Source: Brachyspira sp.
GTDB taxonomy: Bacteria > Spirochaetota > Brachyspiria > Brachyspirales > Brachyspiraceae
Assembly: GCF_029258575.1 (NCBI RefSeq)
Contig: NZ_JARHYI010000121.1
Span: 1,188-65,187, forward strand
DNA: 64,000 bases
Reading direction: 5' to 3'
The notes under the pieces are model-generated. The model worked only from the letters and a program-made list of their open reading frames with translations, was not told the origin of the DNA and made no database searches. Of this stretch, positions 29,450-38,937 are shown piece by piece (within the stretch, counting starts at the first letter, position 1; every line of letters starts with the position of its first letter). A program made the translations under genes and the position numbers.

Positions 29450-32053
29450 ATGAAATTAAATAATAAAACATCTAATATACTATTAATATCAATACTCTTT
29501 ATGATATTATTTTCATGTTCTAATAATCAGCATGATATAGAGCAAAAAGAAATAGATAGAAGTGGGGCATTAATAGATAAAATAATATATGAAGTGAGAA
29601 CTGATATTACAATAGCCATTAAAGATGTAGCAGATGGAAGAGCCGATTTAATGGCAAGTGGTATAGACGGAGGTATTTATTTATCATTAAGCGAAAGCGA
29701 TTTGGAGAAATTAGATACTTATGCTGTTCCTTCAGGTTCTTGGTCTTTATTATTTAATCCTGTACCAAATAAAGCTCCGTATACAGTTACAACTAAAGAC
29801 GGAAAAACCCATTTTAATCCTTTGGCTATAAATGAAGTAAGATTTGCCATGAATTTTTTAATTGATAGAAAAAAGTTAGTAGATGAAATTTTGAGAGGAG
29901 CAGGACAGCCTTCATTTACTCATGCAACACCAGGTCAGCCCGGTACTTATAGATATAATCTTATTCCTTCAAAAATGGGTATAACAGATAATGGCAATCA
30001 AGAAAAAGCTATTAATGATATAAATAAAGCTATGGAAAAAGCTGCCAATTTACCTGAAAACAGAGGAAAGTTAATAAAAGAAAATGGTTGGTGGAAATAT
30101 AATGGTGAAACTGTAAAAATTAAATTCGTTATAAGGGTTGATGATCCTACAGGAAGGCTTCCTGCAGGTAATGCAATAGCCGATTTAATAGAAAAGACAG
30201 GTATAAAAGTAGAAAAGTTACTATATGATAGAAATAAATCCACTCAGGTAGTATATGGAACTGATCCTAAAGATTATGAATGGAATATTATAACAGAAGC
30301 TTGGGGAGCAGGTGCTACAAGAGCTTGGTGGGATGTTACATTGAGGCAGATGTATGTAAGAGAAGGTAATTATATGCCAGGTGTAAATATTTCAGAGTTT
30401 TGGAATTATGATAATAGAGAGGCTTCTAAAATAAGTGATAAGAATTCTAATGGCTGGTTTCTTACTGCCGATGAATATTGGAATGGTAATATGCGTTTGC
30501 AGGAAATAGGACTTGAGGATGCTGTAAGAATATATTTAAACTCTCAAATGCAGTTTTTTGTAGCAAATAAAGATAGATTTAATAGAAGAATGCTTTACGG
30601 AGTAGGTGATGGTATAAATGATTGGTCTATAAGAAGTGCGGATATAAAGCCTAACAGAAACGGCGAGAAAGTGCTTAGGGTTCTACAGCATTCCGCTCAG
30701 GGTTCATTATTTATAAGCCCTTGGGATCCTGTAGGTGTAGGAGGATTTTCTGATGCATATTCGGCAATAATGATTGGACCTTGTTCTGATGCAGGCTCTT
30801 CATTTGAATCACCTTCTACAGCAAAAACTGAATTCATACTTGGCGATGTTGATACTAATAGTTTAGAGATAGGTGTTATGGCTGGAAATAATGGTATTCC
30901 TGTTGGTACTGTTAAAGTTCCTAATAATGCTAAAATGTACAATCCTTATACTCAGAAATGGGAAGAGGGTTTAACTACAAAAGTAGAAAATGGAGAAATC
31001 ATTTATAAAAAGGCTGATAATCTTACCGCTTATGTAAAATGCGACTTTAAACCTAAATTTTTCAAATGGCATCATGGCATTCAGTCATCTTTGGTTGATT
31101 TGATGTATGGAAGTGTGTTCATTGCTAATATAATAACTAAAACTAATGAAAATGATAAGTATTATGATTCTGCTATGGCTGGAAGATATCTTTCTGCTAT
31201 GGATAATGCTGTTGGAAGCGTTATAAATGATGACGGAAGTTTTACTATTTATGGAAATTATTATTGGCCTATGGATATGAACAGACAAATAGGTATTGCA
31301 TCTGTCAGTCCTAAAATAGGAAATCCTAACAGAAATACTGTTATTCCTTTCGAGATAAATGAGGCTATAATGAAAATAGTTCTTGAGGGATCAAAATCAG
31401 GAAATATTTATACTATTTCTCAGGATCAGTCTTTAACTTCTATAGATGTTAAAAATCCTATCTGTGTATCGGATATAAAAGAAAAGTTAATTGAAATGAA
31501 AGACAGTGGATATATACCTGTTGGAATAGAAGATTTTATCACAAAAGATGAGGCTATTAAAAGATATCAGGCTGCTATTGATTTTATAGATAAGTATGGA
31601 CATGCCTATATATCAAATGGACCTTTCTTTATTTCAAGAATAGATTCTAAGGCTAATTATATAGAATTAACCGCATTCAAAGATTATGGATATACAGCTG
31701 AGTATTGGATTGAAAAGTTATCAACTAAGATGAGCAGAATAGAAGATATTGAAATACCTGCTATAGCAAATAGAAATAAAGATTTGAATATAGATATTTA
31801 TGTTTCTTCATATAACTATCCTGATAATGCATTAGAACTTCCTGATCCTGATACAAAAGTAAAAGTATTGCTTCAATTACAGAACGGAGTAGAAAGGGAG
31901 TATAATGGCTTTTTGGAAAATGATGTATTCAAACTTACAATACCAAAAGAGGACTTGGCATCTCTTCCTAAAGGTAATTATATTGTGGTTATAGAATCAT
32001 ATATTGCTGATGAAACTCCTTATATAGAAACTAGAAGTTTTGCATTACAGTAA
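29450..32053 (+). CDS. Large family-5 ABC substrate-binding lipoprotein (peptide type)
   Basis: Lipobox ILFS-C; NPLAINEVRFAMNFLIDR, YISNGPFFI; 867 aa. Confidence 0.8.
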   Translation: MKLNNKTSNILLISILFMILFSCSNNQHDIEQKEIDRSGALIDKIIYEVRTDITIAIKDVADGRADLMASGIDGGIYLSLSESDLEKLDTYAVPSGSWSLLFNPVPNKAPYTVTTKDGKTHFNPLAINEVRFAMNFLIDRKKLVDEILRGAGQPSFTHATPGQPGTYRYNLIPSKMGITDNGNQEKAINDINKAMEKAANLPENRGKLIKENGWWKYNGETVKIKFVIRVDDPTGRLPAGNAIADLIEKTGIKVEKLLYDRNKSTQVVYGTDPKDYEWNIITEAWGAGATRAWWDVTLRQMYVREGNYMPGVNISEFWNYDNREASKISDKNSNGWFLTADEYWNGNMRLQEIGLEDAVRIYLNSQMQFFVANKDRFNRRMLYGVGDGINDWSIRSADIKPNRNGEKVLRVLQHSAQGSLFISPWDPVGVGGFSDAYSAIMIGPCSDAGSSFESPSTAKTEFILGDVDTNSLEIGVMAGNNGIPVGTVKVPNNAKMYNPYTQKWEEGLTTKVENGEIIYKKADNLTAYVKCDFKPKFFKWHHGIQSSLVDLMYGSVFIANIITKTNENDKYYDSAMAGRYLSAMDNAVGSVINDDGSFTIYGNYYWPMDMNRQIGIASVSPKIGNPNRNTVIPFEINEAIMKIVLEGSKSGNIYTISQDQSLTSIDVKNPICVSDIKEKLIEMKDSGYIPVGIEDFITKDEAIKRYQAAIDFIDKYGHAYISNGPFFISRIDSKANYIELTAFKDYGYTAEYWIEKLSTKMSRIEDIEIPAIANRNKDLNIDIYVSSYNYPDNALELPDPDTKVKVLLQLQNGVEREYNGFLENDVFKLTIPKEDLASLPKGNYIVVIESYIADETPYIETRSFALQ

Positions 32054-32153
32054 TTTAAATAATAGCAGTATATTTATTTTTTGATTAATATCTTTTAATT
32101 TATAAAAAATATGATATTATATTTTTCAAATTCTTTTAAAGAGGCGGTGTTTT

Positions 32154-34055
32154 ATGGAAAATTTGGATAATAATAATGAAATCAATAATGATTTAAATAA
32201 CTCTTCTAATGATCTGAGAAGTTCAAGCAGTATGCAAAGAGTAGATAAAATAAAAGAAGTAGAAGAAAATAAAAAATATATATTTAAAGTGGCAGTTGTA
32301 GCCTGTGCCATTGTATTTGTACTTCTTATTGGGGCAGGAATAATTGTAGGTTTGTTCTTATTTATAAAAGGCAAATCTGATATGGATAAATTGGTTAGAA
32401 ATTATGAAATATACAGTGAGGAAATATATAATAAAAGATACGGAGATAAAGTAGTAAGAGAAATGGTTAATAATCATACTGCTGATGTTAATGAAACAGG
32501 CAATAATAATGAAACTCCTTTATTTTATGCTGTTAAAAATAATAATATTAAAGCTGTGAAATTCTTAATAGAAAATAAAGCAGACACAGAAATAGTTAAT
32601 GATTCAGGAATTTCTCCTTTGTTATTGGCTATAAGCAATAATAATACAAAAATAGCAGAACTTCTTATAAAAGAAGGAAAAGCTAATGTATATGGTTCTT
32701 ATACTGGCAAATATTTAGATCATTATCCTATGTATTATGCAGTATCGCAAACTAATAAAGATATGATAAAACTTCTTTTAGATAATTCATTTGATTTAAA
32801 GAGAGAGCCTTTACTTTTAGGTTATGCTATTGAAAACAGTGATGAGAATATAGTTCGTTATTTAATAGATAATGGTGCGGATATTAATTATAAAGATGCT
32901 GATGGTATAACTATACTTTATAATTCTGTTTTATCTCTTAATCCAGCTTTAGTTGACTATTTCTTATCAAAAGGTGCCAAAATAGAGGAAGCAGGCATCA
33001 GTGATGTATATGGTAATATTATAATGGCTGCAGTAGGATCAAAATTTAATAATACAAGTTTAGCTCCTTCAGATTTAGTATTAATGCAGCAGAAGGCAGC
33101 AGATAGTGCTAAAATAACAGAGAAAATAATATCAAATATAGATAAAAATGTATTGAACAGATTGGTTAATGGTAAAAATGCATTATTAATAGCAAGCGGT
33201 AATTCATATATAGATACTGTAAAGGTTCTTCTTACAAATGGTGCTAATGTTAATTCATATGATAATGACGGATGGACTTCTTTAATGTATGCTGCTAATA
33301 ATGGAGATATTGAACTTGCTAAAGTATTAATAGAAAATAAAGCTAATGTTAATGCTGAAAGCTATGACGGACAAACTGCACTTTTATATGCTATGAATAG
33401 TCCTATAGAATCAAGTAGAAATGAAATGATAAAACTTCTTATAGAAAATAAGGCAAATATTAATGCAGAAGACATCAGAGGATTCAGTCCTTTGACTATT
33501 GCCGTTATGAATAATGATGTTGAGCTTACTAAATTACTAATAGCAAATAAGGCTAATTTATCTGTTGTAACTAAAGATGGAGAGAGTTTAATTGAATATG
33601 CTATTAATAATGATAATGTAGATTTACTTCAGATATTGGTAGAAAATGGTGCTGATATAAATTATGCTGGAATATCAAGTTATACTCCTTTGATGATAGC
33701 AGCAAAAAGTGGTGCAGAAAATATCGCTAGAATTTTATTAACACAGAAAGTAAATTTAAATTCTATTGATAAATATGGAAATACTGCTTTACATATTGCC
33801 GCTGAGAATTCAAAACTTCCTATAGTGAGAATGCTTTTAGAAAAGAAGCCTGATCTTAATATACAGAATCAGAATGGAGATACTCCTTTGCATAAGGCTG
33901 TTAATTCAGGCGATGTGGATATAGTGAGCGAATTAGTATTATCTGGAGCTGATGTTAGAATTAGAAATAATATAGGTAAATATCCTATAGACATAGCAAA
34001 AGATAATAATAATAGTTCTATATTCGAGATATTGAAAGAGGCTGAAGAAAAATAA
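32154..34055 (+). CDS. Membrane-anchored ankyrin-repeat protein
   Basis: Single TM near residues 43-72, then many repeats (ETPLFYAV, GWTSLMYAA, GNTALHIAA, GDTPLHKAV). Confidence 0.92.
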   Translation: MENLDNNNEINNDLNNSSNDLRSSSSMQRVDKIKEVEENKKYIFKVAVVACAIVFVLLIGAGIIVGLFLFIKGKSDMDKLVRNYEIYSEEIYNKRYGDKVVREMVNNHTADVNETGNNNETPLFYAVKNNNIKAVKFLIENKADTEIVNDSGISPLLLAISNNNTKIAELLIKEGKANVYGSYTGKYLDHYPMYYAVSQTNKDMIKLLLDNSFDLKREPLLLGYAIENSDENIVRYLIDNGADINYKDADGITILYNSVLSLNPALVDYFLSKGAKIEEAGISDVYGNIIMAAVGSKFNNTSLAPSDLVLMQQKAADSAKITEKIISNIDKNVLNRLVNGKNALLIASGNSYIDTVKVLLTNGANVNSYDNDGWTSLMYAANNGDIELAKVLIENKANVNAESYDGQTALLYAMNSPIESSRNEMIKLLIENKANINAEDIRGFSPLTIAVMNNDVELTKLLIANKANLSVVTKDGESLIEYAINNDNVDLLQILVENGADINYAGISSYTPLMIAAKSGAENIARILLTQKVNLNSIDKYGNTALHIAAENSKLPIVRMLLEKKPDLNIQNQNGDTPLHKAVNSGDVDIVSELVLSGADVRIRNNIGKYPIDIAKDNNNSSIFEILKEAEEK

Positions 34056-34223
34056 AATTCTCATATTTAATAATATATACTATTATTATACTATTCAAAC
34101 ATATTGTTGTGATTTTATAAAATAAAACTAAAAAATCAAAAATAACTGTTTTATTTTATTGATAAAGTATTATACTATTTATACCGTTAATAATAAAAGC
34201 ATCTTAGTTATAAGTATAAATTT

Positions 34224-34838
34224 ATGAAAAAAATAATATTATTATTGATTTTTATATTTACTCTAAATCTATACCCTAAAATAGGTATGAAAGAATCAAC
34301 TATAATCGAAAAAAAAGATTATGGTTATATAGTTTATGCTGAGGATTATTATAGGCTTTATGCTTTGCCTTCCTATTATGCTGAATATGACTTGCTTAGG
34401 AATGTAGATTATCTTGAGAGGGCTTTGAATGCTCCTTTTGATTTCGTTAATAGGGCTTTAACTATTATAGAAACAGAGGCGGCTTATACTAGATATAAAG
34501 ATCTTATGCATATGCAGTTTAACTATCTCATAACTCAAAATTATATTTATCTTGCAGGACTTTATGATAAGAAGAATTATTATTTTTATAATTCTCAATT
34601 TGATGAAGATATAAAGAAAAGTTTTGAATATGCGGTATTTTTCTATAATTTGGCTAAAGAAAGATGGGCTATAACTAAAGATTTAGCACAAAAGGTTATG
34701 AAGAATAAAGCTAAACTTGAAATGGATAATCTTATTGATAAAGCGTACAAAATAGCATTGGGAGAGATTGATTATAATAAAACAGCTGACAGACAGCTTA
34801 AACATATAGATGAAATTTTACAGGAAATGGAAAATTAA
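34224..34838 (+). CDS. Hypothetical exported protein
   Basis: Signal peptide MKKIILLLIFIFTLNLYP; helical, Tyr-rich body. Confidence 0.75.
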   Translation: MKKIILLLIFIFTLNLYPKIGMKESTIIEKKDYGYIVYAEDYYRLYALPSYYAEYDLLRNVDYLERALNAPFDFVNRALTIIETEAAYTRYKDLMHMQFNYLITQNYIYLAGLYDKKNYYFYNSQFDEDIKKSFEYAVFFYNLAKERWAITKDLAQKVMKNKAKLEMDNLIDKAYKIALGEIDYNKTADRQLKHIDEILQEMEN

Positions 34839-34873
34839 TAATTTATTTTTATTATAAATTTAGGAAGAGAATT

Positions 34874-36322
34874 ATGTTCAAATCAATGAATAAATATTAT
34901 GAAATTAATTTTGATAAAATCTTAGAAATGAAAGAAATGATTATTAAAGAGGATATAGAACTTACCTGCGTTAATCCTAATGGTATAAGTATCATTGTAC
35001 CAGGAAATTCTGTTGAAATGCTTTTAGAACAAAAAGATAATATCTTTCTTAAAGATGCTAAATATTATATATCATCATTTTCAACTAAATTTTTTAATTT
35101 GAATAATCCTCAAACCAATAAAAATAATGTAGTAGATGGTTCGGATGATAATAAATATAGTGAATTTGAATATTTTTATCATATTTACAAAAATTGTGCT
35201 GCATCAAATGAAAAATTAAAATCAGCTAATAATGTACTTTTAGATAAGATAGTAAAAGAAAAAACAAATAATAGATTATATTTATTAAAACCAAATTTAG
35301 ATCAGTTAAAGTTAGAGTCTAAAGCTCATAAAGTTACTGCTGAAATAGCCGTAAATATAGAGCGTTTATTAACAGGTATGGGTATCATAGGCAGATTAGA
35401 TTTTATAAGGCATTTGAAATATATTAAAAGCTCATCTAAAAATCAAATGAATTCTACAGTAGCTGAAACTGATACTATGATTATAAATATAATGAGTTCT
35501 ATAGTGACATACTTGGAGAAAGAATATTTCTTCCGTGATATTTTTGATTCTATGGATATGCTCAATGACAGTAATATATTGAGTCATAGTAATAGAGTTT
35601 GTATAGTTATGATAGAGTTTTTATACTATTATAATAATATATTTAATAAAGGATTAAGTAGTAAATTAAGACAGGAATATAAGAATATTTATTTTGAAAA
35701 ATATAACACTATTTTAGATAAATTTAATCTTGTAAAGAGTATAGAAAAACTAGAAAATATTTATAAACTTGGAATAAGAAAATTTACAAATTCTGAGATA
35801 TTAAGTTATGCTATAGGTGCTTTTTATCATGATGTTGCTATGCTTAATATGATAGATTTTATTCCTACAGATGATTTTATTAAAGACGGAGATTTTAAAG
35901 ATTTCCATACAGCAAAGGCTTATTATTTTCTTAAATATGTATTGAGTCAAAAAGATGAATCTTGTTTAATAGCAGGGCTTCATCATGAATGTTATGGTTA
36001 TGGCAGCGGAATAATGAAGAATTTTTTTGATAAGAAGATTAATGATCCTAAACATAAAGTTGATTTTTTAATATCTTTTGAAACAGATGATGTAATTAAT
36101 GCTGAATGTTTTGCCTATTTTCCAGCTAAAATGTTTGAGGTTGTGGATATATATGATACTTTACTTTTTATGCATGGTGAAAGAAATAAAAATCCTCAGG
36201 AAGTAATATTATTTATGAGGAAAATGTTCACAGAGAGTAAAATAGCTATAGATCCTATCATATTTGACCTATTCATACAATTTTTATATGATGTTAAAGG
36301 TATAACTATAATTGAAGAATAA
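34874..36322 (+). CDS. HD-GYP-like metal-dependent phosphohydrolase, paralogue 2
   Basis: SHSNRV, FYHDV, HT, GLHHECYGYGSG, VVDIYD, IDPIIFDLF. Confidence 0.72.
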   Translation: MFKSMNKYYEINFDKILEMKEMIIKEDIELTCVNPNGISIIVPGNSVEMLLEQKDNIFLKDAKYYISSFSTKFFNLNNPQTNKNNVVDGSDDNKYSEFEYFYHIYKNCAASNEKLKSANNVLLDKIVKEKTNNRLYLLKPNLDQLKLESKAHKVTAEIAVNIERLLTGMGIIGRLDFIRHLKYIKSSSKNQMNSTVAETDTMIINIMSSIVTYLEKEYFFRDIFDSMDMLNDSNILSHSNRVCIVMIEFLYYYNNIFNKGLSSKLRQEYKNIYFEKYNTILDKFNLVKSIEKLENIYKLGIRKFTNSEILSYAIGAFYHDVAMLNMIDFIPTDDFIKDGDFKDFHTAKAYYFLKYVLSQKDESCLIAGLHHECYGYGSGIMKNFFDKKINDPKHKVDFLISFETDDVINAECFAYFPAKMFEVVDIYDTLLFMHGERNKNPQEVILFMRKMFTESKIAIDPIIFDLFIQFLYDVKGITIIEE

Positions 36323-36341
36323 TGTTATTTTTAAATTATAT

Positions 36342-36369
36342 TTGACTTTTAACAATAAAAATATATAAT
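36342..36369 (+). promoter_or_regulatory. Sigma70-type promoter upstream of fmt
   Basis: TTGACT (36342-36347), 16 bp spacer, TATAAT (36364-36369). Confidence 0.55.
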
Positions 36370-36379
36370 CATTTGTATT

Positions 36380-37315
36380 ATGTATAATGTTATTGTAGCT
36401 GGTTCAACTGATTTTACTAGAGATTGTATCTTGCAATTAATGGAATTAGATAATGTTAAATTAAGTGGGGTAATAGCTCCGATAGATACTAAAAAAGATA
36501 GAAAAGGAAATATTATCAATTCTCCTGTAGTTGAAATTGCCTTAGAAAAGAATATTAATCTATTTCAGCCTGAAAGTATAAATAAAGATGATTTTTATGA
36601 TATTTTAGTGAATATTGCTCCAGATTTTTTTATAGTTGTAGCATATGGAAAAATCTTAAATAAGAGAACATTGTCTATTCCAAAAATCATGCCTCTTAAT
36701 ATTCATGGTTCACTATTACCTGTTCTTAGAGGAGCTAGCCCTGTTGAGCATGCTTTACTTTATGGTATTGAAAAAAGTGGTACTACATTACAAAAAATGG
36801 ATTTTAAATTAGATGAGGGAGATATTATACTTCAGCATGAGTTTAATGTAGATAATAATTGGCAATTTTATGATTTGTATGATAGAATAAAGGAAAGCGG
36901 TGTATATATATTAAGGGAGTTCTTTAAAGATACTGATAAATATATATCTAATATGATTAAGCAAGACGAGGCATTGGCAACTTATTGCAGTAAGATTAAA
37001 AAAGAAGACGGCAAACTAGATTTTTCAAAAGATGCTTATAATTTGCATAATATGACTAGAGCTTTTGTAAGATGGCCTACAGCTTATTGTTTTTGTAAAA
37101 ATATTTCTATAAAAGTTTTTAATAGCGGTTATATTATTAATAATAACAGTAATGATTTTGGAAAAATAGTTGATATAAGGAATGATGGTATTTATGTACA
37201 AGCATTGAATGGAATATATATCATTAAAGAACTTCAAAGAGAAGGCAAGAAAAGACAAACTGTAAAAGAGTTTTTATGCGGAAATAAATTGTCTATTGGA
37301 GAATATTTTAATTAA
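36380..37315 (+). CDS. fmt: Methionyl-tRNA formyltransferase
   Basis: VVAYGKIL, NIHGSLLP..RGASP, LDEGDI, SKIKKEDG. Confidence 0.93.
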   Translation: MYNVIVAGSTDFTRDCILQLMELDNVKLSGVIAPIDTKKDRKGNIINSPVVEIALEKNINLFQPESINKDDFYDILVNIAPDFFIVVAYGKILNKRTLSIPKIMPLNIHGSLLPVLRGASPVEHALLYGIEKSGTTLQKMDFKLDEGDIILQHEFNVDNNWQFYDLYDRIKESGVYILREFFKDTDKYISNMIKQDEALATYCSKIKKEDGKLDFSKDAYNLHNMTRAFVRWPTAYCFCKNISIKVFNSGYIINNNSNDFGKIVDIRNDGIYVQALNGIYIIKELQREGKKRQTVKEFLCGNKLSIGEYFN

Positions 37316-37330
37316 AAAAGCGGAGTATAA

Positions 37331-37966
37331 TTGCATAGTATGAATAATATAAAAGAAATATTTCATAAAGTTTTATTAAAAATAAAAAAGTTTATTAGTT
37401 TAATTCTTCCTGATGGTATAATCAGCGATCCTAAATCTCTTATGGTATTTAAAAGATTAATACTTTTTGCTGTTCTTCTTTTTATTTTACAAGGATTTGT
37501 AGTTTCTATAATAGTTTTTGTAGTTGTAAAATCAGGCGGTGAATCTTTTGTTCTTCCAGATGTACAAGGCGAGGAAATATTTCAGGCATTTAATTTATTA
37601 GAGAAAGAGGGTATGAATCTTAATGTGCAAACGCATTATTTTGATAATTATCCATTAGGTACTATTGTTAGTCAAGAGCCTAAAGGTGGTGTAAGGGTAA
37701 AGAGGGGAAGGACAGTATATTTAGTGGTTAATGTGGCTGAACAAGCTCTAACTAAAATGCCTGATGTTACAGGTTTAAAATATGAAGATGCTGTTTCTGT
37801 AATAAGCAATGAGATTCTAAGTACAATGACAAATGTAAAATTGCTTCCTAAGGTTAATGTTAGTGATGATATGTATGAAAATAATATAGTGCTATCGCAA
37901 ATTCCAGCAGCTGATGAGGTTGTAGGAGTTAACAGCGAAATAATATTAACCGTTAATAATAAATAA
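37331..37966 (+). CDS. Membrane-anchored PASTA domain protein
   Basis: TM segment then two PASTA repeats (LPDVQG...IVSQEPKGG; MPDVTG...VLSQIPAA). Confidence 0.88.
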   Translation: MHSMNNIKEIFHKVLLKIKKFISLILPDGIISDPKSLMVFKRLILFAVLLFILQGFVVSIIVFVVVKSGGESFVLPDVQGEEIFQAFNLLEKEGMNLNVQTHYFDNYPLGTIVSQEPKGGVRVKRGRTVYLVVNVAEQALTKMPDVTGLKYEDAVSVISNEILSTMTNVKLLPKVNVSDDMYENNIVLSQIPAADEVVGVNSEIILTVNNK

Positions 37967-37992
37967 TCTCAAATGCAGTAAATATATTTAAA

Positions 37993-38019
37993 TAAAGAAA
38001 CAATCTTTTTTTCCGAATA
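37993..38019 (+). promoter_or_regulatory. Candidate sigma28 (FliA)-type promoter
   Basis: TAAA (37993-37996), 15 nt, TCCGAATA (38012-38019) versus consensus TAAA-N15-GCCGATAA. Confidence 0.4.
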
Positions 38020-38024
38020 TAATA

Positions 38025-38840
38025 TTGGAGAGTTGTACAGTGGAAAACACAGAATGTGAGTTTTGCGGTAGTACCAAATCTGAGCTTTATATAAAAACTG
38101 ATTTGGTAAGCTACAATAAATGTTTAAATTGCGGTCTTATATATCAATATCCTATTTTAAGTCAGAAGGAAATAAATGATATATATAGCGATAATTATTT
38201 TGAATATGAGGTAACTAATCAAGAAAATTTTTTTGGACTTATGAAGCTTGCTATGAAAGATATAGGTTTTGACAAGATAGAAAGCGAATTACCAAATAAA
38301 AATGTTCTTGATATAGGTTGTGCTACAGGTATGATGCTGAATTATTTGAAAAGTAAGGGTTATAATCCTCAAGGTATTGAAATATGTTCATCATCTGCTG
38401 AATATGCTAGAAAAAATTATAATATCGTTGTGCATGAAAAGCCTCTTATTGATGTAGGGTTTGAAGATGATTATTTTTCATTTATACATTTTTCTCATGT
38501 TATAGAGCATGTACCTAATCCTGCAGATACTTTGAAAGAAGTTTATAGAATATTGGCTAAGGGAGGATATTTAGCAATTACAACGCCTAATGCCGATGGT
38601 ATGTTTGCCAAGAAATATGGGGGATCTTGGAGAGCAGTTATGCCACAGCATTTATGGCTATTTTCTAAAACTACTTTATCAAAATATATGAAAGATATTG
38701 GATTTAATATAATAAATGATTTTTCTTGGGGTTCTATACCTGTAGAGAAAAAAACTAATAAAGTTATTAAATCCTTTTTTGATAAATATGTTAAATTATT
38801 TAATGTAGGAGATGTTATGCTTTTCCTATGTAAAAAATAA
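38025..38840 (+). CDS. Class I SAM-dependent methyltransferase with N-terminal Cys4 motif; likely true start GTG at 38040
   Basis: CEFCG...CLNCG; VLDIGCATG; HVIEHVPNP; GGAG at 38027-38030 upstream of the GTG. Confidence 0.88.
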   Translation: MESCTVENTECEFCGSTKSELYIKTDLVSYNKCLNCGLIYQYPILSQKEINDIYSDNYFEYEVTNQENFFGLMKLAMKDIGFDKIESELPNKNVLDIGCATGMMLNYLKSKGYNPQGIEICSSSAEYARKNYNIVVHEKPLIDVGFEDDYFSFIHFSHVIEHVPNPADTLKEVYRILAKGGYLAITTPNADGMFAKKYGGSWRAVMPQHLWLFSKTTLSKYMKDIGFNIINDFSWGSIPVEKKTNKVIKSFFDKYVKLFNVGDVMLFLCKK

Positions 38841-38937
38841 AAATAAAAATAAAAATGAAAGTAAATAAAAAATGAAAAGCTAAAAAATAAATATAATAAT
38901 AAAATATATTGTATTGAGTCGTTTTTAAGGAGCATAT

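Noticed and set aside
38841-38915. A-rich quasi-repeats (AAATAAAAAT, AAATGAAA) as a VNTR
   Set aside because: No consistent unit; explained by low-complexity AT-rich spacer
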